From IMG/VR virus record IMGVR_UViG_3300020336_000004, positions 31,924 to 95,923 of that record: a stretch of DNA of 64,000 bases; one strand, given 5' to 3'. The position numbers were made by a program, and so were the translations under genes. How positions within the stretch are numbered: the stretch's first letter is position 1; each line of letters starts with the position of its first letter. Positions 28,474 through 38,206 of this stretch are shown here, one piece after another. This stretch comes from a virus. Its lineage: Duplodnaviria > Caudoviricetes. The notes under the pieces are model-generated. The model did no database searches and had not been told where the DNA came from. It saw only the letters and a list, made by a program, of their open reading frames with translations.

Positions 28474-29594
28474 TAGTTATTACTTTGATAAATGTCTATA
28501 TTATTAGGACCATTTCCAATTCTATAGTCAATTAATTCAAAATCTCCTTGTTGTAAATTAATAGTATATCCGCCTGATGATTTATGTAACTTTAATTTTA
28601 CGTTATTTGTGCCTACATTATCGTATCTTTCAAATACATAATGAGGATCTTCATCTGTTATTCGCACACCTGTTGCTGAATCAAATCCTAACCTTACTCC
28701 TGCAAAGTCAGTTTTTTGTTTTTCAAACTCGTCTTTAAATAGTGCGGCTAACTGTATATTTAACTGTTCTAAAATATCTATTAACAGATCACCTAACATA
28801 AAATCAGTTTCATCAAGTTCAGTGTGCCAAATTTCTTCATCAGTTTGCCACACATCTATATCTAATCCATCAAATTCTAAAAAGTCAATGCCTAATATAT
28901 CTGCTGCTTGTCTTTGTGCCTTTTTCCATTCTTCTTCATCTTCAACCCATGGTAATTTCTTACGTAGGATTAAAAGTGTATCAATCATATTTTCGTCTAC
29001 ATCTATAATTCGTGGCTTACTTGGAGGTTGTGCTCCATGAGTTGTTGATGTTGCCTGGAATGCTTGATTAAGTATAACTTGTCCTACATCAGTATCAACT
29101 GTAATTTCGCCAACATAGCAACGACCACTTGTATCGCAACTAGGTAACAAGGTAATTAAACTTCCACCAATTTCATCTACTACCATCACAAAGTCTGTAC
29201 CACGTACACCAATAGTAGCACTAGGTGTTCTTATCTGGACATTTTGCTTATATTTTTTAGCAATTTGTCCAGATGCGTACCTTACTGTTCCTAATGACGC
29301 TTTTATAGATAAGGAACCAATGTCATTAGCTGGATCATAGACAAACTCATCAATAATAAGTTTACTATGTTCAGTAATATCCACACGGGTTTCATCTATG
29401 AAGTCTATTCGCATGGTTCCATTAGTTGTAACTGCTGAGTCTAAGCTCTCTACTTGAGTGCCAACACCAGAGCCAATTACATCTTGGCCACGTTCTATAA
29501 CTCCATTTCCTTTTTGATCCGCTATCTGACCTATATTTGCAAACGCTAAATTAGTCCAGAATGCCGCGATCAATAAACAAAACAATATCCTCAC
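28473..29594 (-). CDS. Periplasmic FecR-domain protein
   Basis: Signal peptide; IRTPSATIGVRGTDF. Confidence 0.85.
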   Translation of the reverse strand: MRILFCLLIAAFWTNLAFANIGQIADQKGNGVIERGQDVIGSGVGTQVESLDSAVTTNGTMRIDFIDETRVDITEHSKLIIDEFVYDPANDIGSLSIKASLGTVRYASGQIAKKYKQNVQIRTPSATIGVRGTDFVMVVDEIGGSLITLLPSCDTSGRCYVGEITVDTDVGQVILNQAFQATSTTHGAQPPSKPRIIDVDENMIDTLLILRKKLPWVEDEEEWKKAQRQAADILGIDFLEFDGLDIDVWQTDEEIWHTELDETDFMLGDLLIDILEQLNIQLAALFKDEFEKQKTDFAGVRLGFDSATGVRITDEDPHYVFERYDNVGTNNVKLKLHKSSGGYTINLQQGDFELIDYRIGNGPNNIDIYQSNN

Positions 29595-29596
29595 AA

Positions 29597-30307
29597 TTAA
29601 TCGCTTTGCGTAATATCTATAGTACTACCACTGGTTTGCATGTTCAAATCAATAGTCTGGTCTTGTGCTGTACCACTTTGGTTAATGTTAATAGTGTTTC
29701 CACCACCAACTAAAGCCATTGTTTGATTTTGACCTGTTAAACCTGAATCATCAACATCAACTGTAATAGTGTTAGCTGTATTTAAACTTGCACCACTTCC
29801 TACACTATTATCAATTGTGTAAGTTAATGCTAAGTCTGTACCATCTAAGTTCATAGCAAGTATGTTACCATTACCATCAATATCTAGATTAACATTAGTA
29901 TTGTCAGCATCAGCATTTTCACCAATATACAAATCTAAGTTTGTGCTATCGCCGTCGATATCAATTGTTGCTGTTACACTTTCACAGTTTCCTGCTGAAG
30001 TACTAGAACATTTGAAATCTATGTCGTTGCTGTTTCCTGTAGCAGACCAAGTACCTGTATAACTTGTACCTTTAATTAATGCAGAGACAATGTTATTATT
30101 ACCTACTTGACTAATATTAAAAGTCATACTGGCTCCATCTAAATCAACTGCTGTTACACTTGTACCTATCACGTTGCCTACACCGTCTTGAGTAATATCT
30201 AAATCTAAAGTATCACCTACCTGTGTGATGTAGATATCATTTGCTGACGCTATAGTAACAAAGCTGAATAATACTAAGGTTAAAAGTCCTTTGTACATTC
30301 TATTCAT
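29597..30307 (-). CDS. Second curlin-like beta-solenoid protein
   Basis: ANDIYITQVGDTLDLDITQDGVGN, parallel to ANEIYVNQVGDNVDIDIVQDGQNN of 27439..28473. Confidence 0.7.
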   Translation of the reverse strand: MNRMYKGLLTLVLFSFVTIASANDIYITQVGDTLDLDITQDGVGNVIGTSVTAVDLDGASMTFNISQVGNNNIVSALIKGTSYTGTWSATGNSNDIDFKCSSTSAGNCESVTATIDIDGDSTNLDLYIGENADADNTNVNLDIDGNGNILAMNLDGTDLALTYTIDNSVGSGASLNTANTITVDVDDSGLTGQNQTMALVGGGNTININQSGTAQDQTIDLNMQTSGSTIDITQSD

Positions 30308-31244
30308 TTTTATCCCTCTTCTTATCGGAGAGCTCTTCGTCATCTTCTAAATCAAGCAATAGTTGATCACATTCATCATCAGAATCACAGTAAATTTCTG
30401 CATCCTTTTTGATCACTTCTTTATCAATATATTGTTTGTTTTTAAATTTCCAAAGACCATCTCTCTCTCCTTGGTTTATAATCTCAATCACGCCTGCCTC
30501 AATGGCTGCCCTTACTGCGTAATTGACCGGTTCGTTAACGGAATAACCCGTTTCTGCTTCAACTGCCTTTGTACCCATATCTAAAAATTTGAATACATCT
30601 GCTCCAGAACGGGACGATGCGATAACCTTCTCAGTAGCAATACTCATTAGTACTTTTCCACTACTTACAGAAACTAATCTCATCACCACCGTGACAGTAT
30701 CAATTCGATATTCGGTTTGAGCCGCTATACCCAAATATCTTGCACCAGCACCTCCTGTGGCAACATTGCTATCATAACCAACAATGCCACCCTCTAACAA
30801 TAACCCTGCAAATAGCATAGGTTTAAGAGGCAATGGGCCTTTTGGTAAAGTTTTTTCATACTGCTCCCTTGTGGAACGTATTAACTGTCGCTCCTTCACC
30901 AAATTATCTAATCCTACACGTTCCACTACTTGGAACCATGTTCCGTTTCCTACATCTTGTAATGCTTTTATAACCCATACTTCACTTCCTTGCGAAACTG
31001 CTGAGCTTAGGTTAGCAATATTACTTGCAGGTTTACGTTGTCCTGTTTTATCTGAAAAACTATATACTGCTACTGTAATAACTGGGCCATCTAATTCTGG
31101 CACTGAAATTAGTGCATCTTTTAGTGGTGCTGTTTGAACAGTAGGATCCCAACTACTTTCTTTAGCATAATCAACCATATTGGGACTAATAGCACACCCT
31201 GTTGCTAGTAAACTAAAAACTAATGATGCTAGAATACGCTTCAT
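30300..31244 (-). CDS. csgG: Curli secretion channel CsgG (lipoprotein)
   Basis: Lipobox ATGC; VAVYSFSDKTGQRKP, VERVGLDNLVKERQLIR, EGGIVGYD, NEPV. Confidence 0.93.
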   Translation of the reverse strand: MKRILASLVFSLLATGCAISPNMVDYAKESSWDPTVQTAPLKDALISVPELDGPVITVAVYSFSDKTGQRKPASNIANLSSAVSQGSEVWVIKALQDVGNGTWFQVVERVGLDNLVKERQLIRSTREQYEKTLPKGPLPLKPMLFAGLLLEGGIVGYDSNVATGGAGARYLGIAAQTEYRIDTVTVVMRLVSVSSGKVLMSIATEKVIASSRSGADVFKFLDMGTKAVEAETGYSVNEPVNYAVRAAIEAGVIEIINQGERDGLWKFKNKQYIDKEVIKKDAEIYCDSDDECDQLLLDLEDDEELSDKKRDKNE

Positions 31245-31247
31245 GAT

Positions 31248-31739
31248 TTAGAATCCAAATTCTCCCGCTCCTGGGATAGTAATTTCAGTTACTGAGCCGT
31301 TCTCATCTATAATAGTAAGAGTGATACTTCCTGTTACTGCATCTCTAAGCCATGTTATAGTAGAACCTTCTATAGTTGCAACTCCAGTTGTTGGTTGTGA
31401 ACATATACCTGCAGCTTGATCTGCGGCTGGACAAGTTGTAAACATGCTATCTACCATCTGTTTGGAAATTTGTGCATAAATCCTAGATTCTAAGTTTTTA
31501 ATAAATTTATTTAAAGTTGTATTTTCTAGTTCTCTTTGAACTCTTTGAGCTTCAGCTCTACGAAAATCTTCTAATTCTTTTTTCCTATTATGCTGTAACT
31601 GCTCAACACTCAACACATGAGTAGAGTACCCGTTACCATAATGGAACGCAGGGTTCTTAAAACCCCATACAATTTCTGTTGCAGCCGCACCTGAATATAA
31701 CATTGCTATGGATACGAATGCAAGGACTTTCATCTTCAT
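31248..31739 (-). CDS. csgF: Curli assembly protein CsgF
   Basis: Signal peptide then EIVWGFKNPAF; F..NLESRIYAQIS; TEITIP. Confidence 0.85.
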   Translation of the reverse strand: MKMKVLAFVSIAMLYSGAAATEIVWGFKNPAFHYGNGYSTHVLSVEQLQHNRKKELEDFRRAEAQRVQRELENTTLNKFIKNLESRIYAQISKQMVDSMFTTCPAADQAAGICSQPTTGVATIEGSTITWLRDAVTGSITLTIIDENGSVTEITIPGAGEFGF

Positions 31740-31880
31740 ATTTCTCTCCGAATATAAACGTAAATTTACGTCCATTTTGCTTTCAGTTGTATTTATCGCA
31801 ACAGTCTGATAATAAACTGGTTACAAAATTTTGACGGTCACATTAATTTGTACCGTAGAATTGTTGGAAAATTGACGGAA

Positions 31881-32897
31881 CTAGATTCTAAATTCCATTT
31901 GAGGGTGTACTTCTTGGTCTGGACCATATAGTAGCGGTTGCTGGGCTTTAAGAACTCCACTTACTGCTTCAGCATCTGTAAAATATAAACTGTGTCGTTT
32001 AGGGCCGTCTAACAATAACATTGTTTCAAACTTACTCATAGTTTTATAATTTTGAAAACTTGCAAGTCCCCATTCGTGTTTTATTTGATTATTTTCACCA
32101 GTTTCAATAGCAGCTCTTAACTTCTGTGTTTGATTTTTGTCTAAGAATGCAAATGCTCCTTCTAATATAGTTGTAACTAAGTCTTTAAATCCTGCCGTGT
32201 CTGCTTGTTGTGCTTCACTACGTACAGAGTCTGTCCATTTTTTAGCACTTACTGCTCTGCCAGGATCTATTCCTAAGTTTTTAAATGCGGCTTCAATAGC
32301 ACGTTGATTCATTTTTGCTTTTCTTACATCAACAAATCTACCACCTGAAGACTGTTTTGCTTTTACTTCACACATTTCTCCAAGAATAACAAGATCGCCG
32401 GCACTGTCTGCACTACGTCCACTTGCTTTGATTTCAGGACTTAACACTGCTAGAGCATATTCGCCTGGTCCTATGCCTTGTGGAGCATATGTATATAAGT
32501 TATCAAATACACGTTTTACAAATTCATCACCCATTAGCCATTCACTAAAACCGTGTACTTGGTTAGGTGTTTTTAATTTTTCAACATCAATATATCCGTT
32601 TGGATAATTTTGTACAAATGCTTGTTTGTCAGCAAATGTACCTTCGGTATTCATTACAAGTCCTGCAAAAACTTTTAACTTAGACTTTGCGTCTTCATCT
32701 TTTTCTAAGGCACCTGCAATTCTTTCATCTAATGTTGATTTTTCAAGAGCTTGATATATCTTATCTAACATATCTCTATCTTCTTCAGTTTGAAGTCTTT
32801 TTACAATTAGATCTTTTAACTGGTCATCAGATACGTTAGGATCATATTCTAACAATACTTTGTTTGGATTGATTGCTTTAAACTCGTTGAAACGCAT
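31881..32897 (-). CDS. Probable internal head protein with a PD-(D/E)xK-like motif
   Basis: MRFNEF N-terminus; GIGPGE...GDLVILGEMCEVK. Confidence 0.55.
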   Translation of the reverse strand: MRFNEFKAINPNKVLLEYDPNVSDDQLKDLIVKRLQTEEDRDMLDKIYQALEKSTLDERIAGALEKDEDAKSKLKVFAGLVMNTEGTFADKQAFVQNYPNGYIDVEKLKTPNQVHGFSEWLMGDEFVKRVFDNLYTYAPQGIGPGEYALAVLSPEIKASGRSADSAGDLVILGEMCEVKAKQSSGGRFVDVRKAKMNQRAIEAAFKNLGIDPGRAVSAKKWTDSVRSEAQQADTAGFKDLVTTILEGAFAFLDKNQTQKLRAAIETGENNQIKHEWGLASFQNYKTMSKFETMLLLDGPKRHSLYFTDAEAVSGVLKAQQPLLYGPDQEVHPQMEFRI

Positions 32898-32910
32898 GTA
32901 TAGTTTTTCC

Positions 32911-33615
32911 TTATATAGAATATTTATCTAATTTAGGAAACAACATGTCTGTGCAGAACTTGTCAACATCAGCTTCATCTAGTCCAAGACTTTTCATTAC
33001 TCTTGGTGTATGTGGATTTTGTTGCTGATTATGACAGTAATAATCTTGTGAAGCCGCAACTAGAGCGGTATCTCCTTCGCCGGTATATTCTGGTATTTCT
33101 AAAAAGTATGCACGTAAATTATTAATAGCAAGATCTATAATTGCAACTGCTTCGTCTTCTGTAGTTACATTGCCAGCGGCAATCATGCTGTCTGTGAATA
33201 TGTTTTGAGCCCATTCAGGTAGCTCTCTTTGTTTTGTAGGTACAAAGTCTTTTACAGCATCTTTGTATCCTTCTATCATTGGATGGTCAGGATCAGAACT
33301 AGCACTAAAGTCATGAAATGCTCCTGTCATTTTACGTGGACCTGCTATAACATCAAAGCCATATATAGGTCCAGTATTGTTTAGTACTGGAAAAACACAT
33401 ACATGCATCATCCATAGTTTCTTACTATCTCTAGTATCAACTACATCAATATGGGCTCTTCTAATATGATCATTCGCCCACACACGATTAATCCAACCTC
33501 CATCAGGTCGATTAAAATAATCTAATCCAGGTTCATTAATTTCAAGTGCATTTTCATTGAAGATATCAATGATTTCATCTTGACACTCAACTAACCGGTT
33601 CCATATAATGCTCAA
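32911..33615 (-). CDS. pcyX: Ferredoxin-dependent bilin reductase, PcyX/PcyA type
   Basis: RRAHIDV, MMHVCVFP, PIYGFD, RELPEWA, YC..QQQNPHT; adjacent to a heme oxygenase. Confidence 0.85.
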   Translation of the reverse strand: MSIIWNRLVECQDEIIDIFNENALEINEPGLDYFNRPDGGWINRVWANDHIRRAHIDVVDTRDSKKLWMMHVCVFPVLNNTGPIYGFDVIAGPRKMTGAFHDFSASSDPDHPMIEGYKDAVKDFVPTKQRELPEWAQNIFTDSMIAAGNVTTEDEAVAIIDLAINNLRAYFLEIPEYTGEGDTALVAASQDYYCHNQQQNPHTPRVMKSLGLDEADVDKFCTDMLFPKLDKYSI

Positions 33616-34153
33616 TGTCTAACTCCATAATATTTTTAAATAAATCTGTACTATTAGAAAAAACAAATTTTGCCTCTTCTGCCATTCCGTCATGAATCTT
33701 TGCTCTAATAGATTCTTTCAATTCGTTTTTATCTTTATCAAACTGATACATGCGACCTTCGCCTGGAACTTTACGTTTGATCATTTGTCCACCACTTAAA
33801 TCTCCCATATGTAAAACATAAAGATGTGCCATTACCTTTTCAGGATCTGCCATAATTGTTTTCATATGCATAATATATTCTTCAGTGGCTTTTACTATTT
33901 TAGGTGGTTGATCTTTTTTCCAAAGTTCTAAGAAGTCTTTTTCAATTCTATCTTTACGTCTAATTGCAAATAGATCTTGATCAATTAGTCCTAATGGTGT
34001 AGCTATTGCTTCTAGTAAGTCGTAACGCTTATGCTGATTCCATAAGTATGTTGCGTACAATTCAGGATTTATGTTTCCGCTCATTAGTACTTTTACAAAT
34101 TGTTGTCTTTCAGCTTCTTTGTGATGTTCCCATGTTAGATCTTTTAAACTCAT
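33587..34153 (-). CDS. hemO: Heme oxygenase
   Basis: LKDLTWEHHKEAE, AHLYVLHMGDLSGGQMI, EEAK..F. Confidence 0.92.
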   Translation of the reverse strand: MSLKDLTWEHHKEAERQQFVKVLMSGNINPELYATYLWNQHKRYDLLEAIATPLGLIDQDLFAIRRKDRIEKDFLELWKKDQPPKIVKATEEYIMHMKTIMADPEKVMAHLYVLHMGDLSGGQMIKRKVPGEGRMYQFDKDKNELKESIRAKIHDGMAEEAKFVFSNSTDLFKNIMELDIEHYMEPVS

Positions 34154-34459
34154 TTATTCCTTCTCTACTGCAACTTTTAACGGAAAGCCATTTGCTCTAC
34201 TTGTATTTGTTGCTTCTATACCTTTTTGTTCAGCTATTTCATGTGTATATATCCCAACCACGGCTGAGCCTTCGTTATGAATGGTATATGTAATTGCTTT
34301 TGCTGTTTCTTGGGTATGTTTGAATATAGAAGTTAATAGTTCTGTTACAAAGTCTATTGGAGTAACGTTATCATTTAAGAATACTACTTTATATCTTTCA
34401 GGATATAAATTATCAACTTTAATTTTTTCGTCAATTTGAACGTCTGCTAAATCACTCAT
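34154..34459 (-). CDS. clpS: ClpS N-degron adaptor
   Basis: YKVVFLNDNVTPIDFV, IHNEGSAVVG, EIAEQK, FPL. Confidence 0.93.
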   Translation of the reverse strand: MSDLADVQIDEKIKVDNLYPERYKVVFLNDNVTPIDFVTELLTSIFKHTQETAKAITYTIHNEGSAVVGIYTHEIAEQKGIEATNTSRANGFPLKVAVEKE

Positions 34460-34475
34460 TTTTTCTCCTAATAAA

Positions 34476-34498
34476 TGGGGGAGCAATTTGCTCCCCCA
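34476..34498 (-). terminator. GC-rich hairpin between hsp20 and clpS
   Basis: TGGGGGAGCA-3 nt-TGCTCCCCCA, followed by UUUAUU on the minus strand. Confidence 0.65.
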
Positions 34499-34504
34499 GA
34501 CTGT

Positions 34505-34972
34505 TTACTTTTCAGATACAGTTCCTTCAATTGTACTGCCTGAATTGATTTCAATCTTTTTAGGCTGTAGCTCTTCTGGAACTTCACGTTTCAAATGAAT
34601 ATTAAGCATACCATTTGCAAGTTCAGCATTATGAACTTCTACGTGTTCAGCAAGAGTAAACTCTCTACGGAAGTTACGACCGCCAATACCTCTGTGTAGG
34701 TAATTAACTGTGTCGTCTCCTTTAGGAGCAGTCCCTTCAATTTTAAGGATATTTTTATCTTTAGTAATTTCTAAATTATCCATACTAAAACCAGCAACTG
34801 CAACTGAGATCATAAACTCGTCTTCGCTAATTTGTGCAATGTTGTATGGTGGATATCCTGATCCTTTGTTTGCTGAGTTTTCAAACATCCTGTCCATTTC
34901 ATTGAACATGCTGTCAAAGCCTACAAAGTGTCGTTGTATTGAGGGTAAGTCTAGGTGTGTTATTCTTGTCAT
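34505..34972 (-). CDS. Small heat-shock protein Hsp20 (IbpA-like)
   Basis: YPPYNI, AVAGF, YLHRGI, F.REFTL, NGMLNI.L. Confidence 0.95.
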   Translation of the reverse strand: MTRITHLDLPSIQRHFVGFDSMFNEMDRMFENSANKGSGYPPYNIAQISEDEFMISVAVAGFSMDNLEITKDKNILKIEGTAPKGDDTVNYLHRGIGGRNFRREFTLAEHVEVHNAELANGMLNIHLKREVPEELQPKKIEINSGSTIEGTVSEK

Positions 34973-35060
34973 AGTTTTCTCCTTTATTAAGCAAGATTAA
35001 ATTTAGAACCCTTTCGGCGTTCTGTATTAATGTGTAGAAAGAACCTCTTCTCCCTACACA
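34973..35060 (-). promoter_or_regulatory. ROSE-like RNA thermometer in the hsp20 5' UTR
   Basis: UCUUGCUU-AAUA-AAGGAGA hairpin masks the RBS with a bulged G; two upstream hairpins. Confidence 0.65.
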
Positions 35061-35088
35061 TTTATTTATCATTTATAATACAATTATA

Positions 35089-35673
35089 TTATAAATTGAG
35101 CTTAAAGTCAATCCCAAAGAATGCTACCTCTTTTCGAAAATCGTCATTTAAGTCAATTTCAACAAAAGGTGAAACATTGAATTGTCCAAAGCTATACTTA
35201 GTACCTATAAAAGTCTGTAAATGGCTATATTCCATTTTAGTACTATCATATTCATACTGTACTTGTGGTTCAAAGATTAAGAACGGTGAACCAAACAATA
35301 AGTTAGGTTGTCCTTGTGCTTTTAAACCAAATTGTGGACGATATCTAAAGACATTTTCTTTAGATTCTCTAATTCTGTGTTCAAATCTTGAATTATAAAA
35401 GAACATTCCGCTCTTATAATGTTTAACTTGGAAACGGAACCAATCTTCTGAAAGACCGTATCTGTCAATACTTCTATATTCTAAACGATATGGTGTGTCT
35501 TTAAAATCATATCTTAAAATACGTTGAGAATAATCTTTATTTTGATATTCTCTTGCACCTATTGTCCAGTTACCTGCGGACACAAATGCATTGACTTCTG
35601 TATAGTCAAAGTCCTCTGCCATTGCTGGCGTTATTATAAACAACGATAACAATGTTGCGATTAAAAATTTCAT
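35089..35673 (-). CDS. Probable outer-membrane beta-barrel protein
   Basis: Signal peptide AMA; alternating aromatic beta-strands. Confidence 0.65.
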   Translation of the reverse strand: MKFLIATLLSLFIITPAMAEDFDYTEVNAFVSAGNWTIGAREYQNKDYSQRILRYDFKDTPYRLEYRSIDRYGLSEDWFRFQVKHYKSGMFFYNSRFEHRIRESKENVFRYRPQFGLKAQGQPNLLFGSPFLIFEPQVQYEYDSTKMEYSHLQTFIGTKYSFGQFNVSPFVEIDLNDDFRKEVAFFGIDFKLNL

Positions 35674-35745
35674 TTATTACTCCTTTTAATTTAATCAAAA
35701 TAATTGGTAGCGAACCTACGCTACCAATACTAGTTCTTGTAATTT

Positions 35746-36786
35746 CTATAAAATTAAGGTTGCTGCACCCGCGGCAATTACTAATCCGCCCCACATACCT
35801 AATATTGTTACATAGTACCTTAATTTGGTACCAAAATATAACATACCTATTGCTACACACTTATGCATAGGGCTAATTAAATACCCTACAAAGTCTACAG
35901 CAAAAAACCATGGCAAGTATTCAATACCGTATATACTTGCTAACAAAACAGTAATAGCACCAAAGCGGGAACTACTTCCTAGTGCAAACGCACCACCAAA
36001 ACTTAACGCACTAATACCTAAAAATCCTGCCCAAGTGTTGATGTCTAATCCTACTGTTTCTAATCCTGTTTTAATAGTATCTGTGTTTTCTCGCACGATA
36101 TTTGCTAGTGTGATAATAACTGCTACCCAGGCTACTAATTTCCAATCAACATAACCAAGTAGCTTTTTAACATCAAACGTAGTTGTACAGATCATGTAGT
36201 AAACTGTAAGAGCACCAAATGCCCAAAGAAAGTCTACTCCAGCAATTATTGCACCTACACCAAAAGCATAGGGCAAAACATAACGTGTGATACGACTTAC
36301 TTTGATAGGTGTTTCACAGTTATTCAACTGTACATCTGATTCTTTTACTCCCCAAATTAAATATGCGAGTATGAATGCAATTGATACAACAAGCAAAGGC
36401 CAAATAATGCCCATGAATTGTGCATACGTTAACCCAAATGCCGCCATTGGTAGAATCACTGTTTTTTCTAGTGGTGACCAAAAATAGTAATGATGCGTAG
36501 ATACATAATCAATAGGACCAAATTTTTCTCTGCCGCAACAGCCTTTGTCAGGAGCAAGTGATTCTAACATACCTGCACTAACAGTGACTCGGCCTTTGAT
36601 AGGCAATAATCCTGTGATAGCACTCACAAGTGCTACTACTGCTTTTTTACTTTTTAAGTTTTGCTCAAAGAAACAAAAGATGTCTTTGAATAATCCGTGT
36701 TCTTTTACCATACCTGCAATCATCATTACAAATATTACTAGGAAAAGATAAACTTGACCGCTAATTAATAAATTCAAATATTCCAT
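35746..36786 (-). CDS. Polytopic inner-membrane protein, probable transporter
   Basis: About 9-10 hydrophobic segments; GLLPIKGR, HHYYFWSPLE, SPMHKC. Confidence 0.7.
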   Translation of the reverse strand: MEYLNLLISGQVYLFLVIFVMMIAGMVKEHGLFKDIFCFFEQNLKSKKAVVALVSAITGLLPIKGRVTVSAGMLESLAPDKGCCGREKFGPIDYVSTHHYYFWSPLEKTVILPMAAFGLTYAQFMGIIWPLLVVSIAFILAYLIWGVKESDVQLNNCETPIKVSRITRYVLPYAFGVGAIIAGVDFLWAFGALTVYYMICTTTFDVKKLLGYVDWKLVAWVAVIITLANIVRENTDTIKTGLETVGLDINTWAGFLGISALSFGGAFALGSSSRFGAITVLLASIYGIEYLPWFFAVDFVGYLISPMHKCVAIGMLYFGTKLRYYVTILGMWGGLVIAAGAATLIL

Positions 36787-36792
36787 ATAAAC

Positions 36793-37977
36793 TTACTTAC
36801 CTATGGTGGTTGATTCATAAATTTGATTATGAGTTTGTGTACATCTTACGAATGTAGTACACTTACTAAGTTGTTTTAGTCCTATTGCACCTGCATACGT
36901 ACAAGTGCTTCTAAGACCGCCTAAGAGGTCTTGTACAGTGTCTTTTACAGATCCACGATAAGGAACCAGCACTTCACGCCCTTCTGACGAACGGTAATCT
37001 TTAAGTCCATTAAAGTGTTTGTCATTTGCACTTTTACTACTCATACCGTAAAATTGTACAAACTTCTTTCTTTCAATGCCATCTTCCCAAGTTATTGATT
37101 GAGTTTGACCATCAAGAGATTGTTCATTACGAACCCACTCACCAGTCTTATAATATTTGGTAATTATTTCACCGCCGCCTTCATTGTGTCCGGCAAGCAT
37201 ACCGCCAAGCATTACAAAATCTGCGCCTCCAGCGAATGCCTTAGCCACATCACCTGGGCAAGTACATCCTCCATCAGCAATGATATGTCCACCAAGGCCG
37301 TGAGCAGCATCAGCACACTCAATAACAGCACTAAGCTGAGGATAACCAACGCCAGTTTGAATACGAGTTGTGCAAACGCTCCCAGGACCGATGCCCACTT
37401 TAATAATATCTGCTCCACTTAATAATAACTCCTCTGTCATCTCTCCTGTTACCACATTACCCGCTATGATGACTATATCTGGATAATGTGTTCTAAATTC
37501 TTTTACAAAGTTAGCAAATCTTTCTGAGTAACCATTCGCTACATCAATACAAACAAACTTTAGTTGATTGCCAACTTGTTCGTATACATCTCTAAATTTT
37601 TGATGGTCTTTATCAGTGATGCCAATGCTCATAGCAACATATTCTGTCCTTGCAGGATCATGTGACTTATCATCTTGATCAAAGTAACCTACAAGTTCGT
37701 TAACACTATAAGTTTTAACTAGACAAGTCATTATACCTTGTAGTGCTAAATTATCAGCCATTTTAAATGTGCCGACACCATCCATGTTACTTGCCATAAT
37801 AGGAACGCCACGATAATGATAGTCTTCATCGACTGGAAGAAATGGTGTTTCTGTTTTGTAGTTTCTAAATTTATAACCACGTTCTAAATTAACTTCTTTA
37901 CGACTGCCTAGTGTTGAACGCTTTGGACGAATAAGAACATCCTTGTAGTCAAGTTTCATATCTTCTTCAATACGCAT
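36793..37977 (-). CDS. guaC: GMP reductase
   Basis: [43 protein letters not shown]. Confidence 0.95.
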   Translation of the reverse strand: MRIEEDMKLDYKDVLIRPKRSTLGSRKEVNLERGYKFRNYKTETPFLPVDEDYHYRGVPIMASNMDGVGTFKMADNLALQGIMTCLVKTYSVNELVGYFDQDDKSHDPARTEYVAMSIGITDKDHQKFRDVYEQVGNQLKFVCIDVANGYSERFANFVKEFRTHYPDIVIIAGNVVTGEMTEELLLSGADIIKVGIGPGSVCTTRIQTGVGYPQLSAVIECADAAHGLGGHIIADGGCTCPGDVAKAFAGGADFVMLGGMLAGHNEGGGEIITKYYKTGEWVRNEQSLDGQTQSITWEDGIERKKFVQFYGMSSKSANDKHFNGLKDYRSSEGREVLVPYRGSVKDTVQDLLGGLRSTCTYAGAIGLKQLSKCTTFVRCTQTHNQIYESTTIGK

Positions 37978-37987
37978 TTGTTTACCT

Positions 37988-38206
37988 TTATATCATTATA
38001 TCTAAATTTGAGCCTACTGGCTTTTGTGGTTCGTGTATTTCGCCTCTAACATTATACGTTGTATAACTTACTGATTGTACTTTAACTGCTCCGCCTTCTT
38101 GTTGTACATGTTTAACGTGTGTTACTGTTTCATGCGGTCCTGAAGGTGTTACTCTAGTATATGCACTTATAACGTTAATAGGTGATATTGCGGCTATGTC
38201 ACTCAT
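37988..38206 (-). CDS. Hypothetical protein
   Basis: Coupled ORF, start MSDIAA. Confidence 0.55.
   Translation of the reverse strand: MSDIAAISPINVISAYTRVTPSGPHETVTHVKHVQQEGGAVKVQSVSYTTYNVRGEIHEPQKPVGSNLDIMI

Noticed and set aside
31820-31860. CRP-like site upstream of csgF
   Set aside because: Only one TGTGA half-site.
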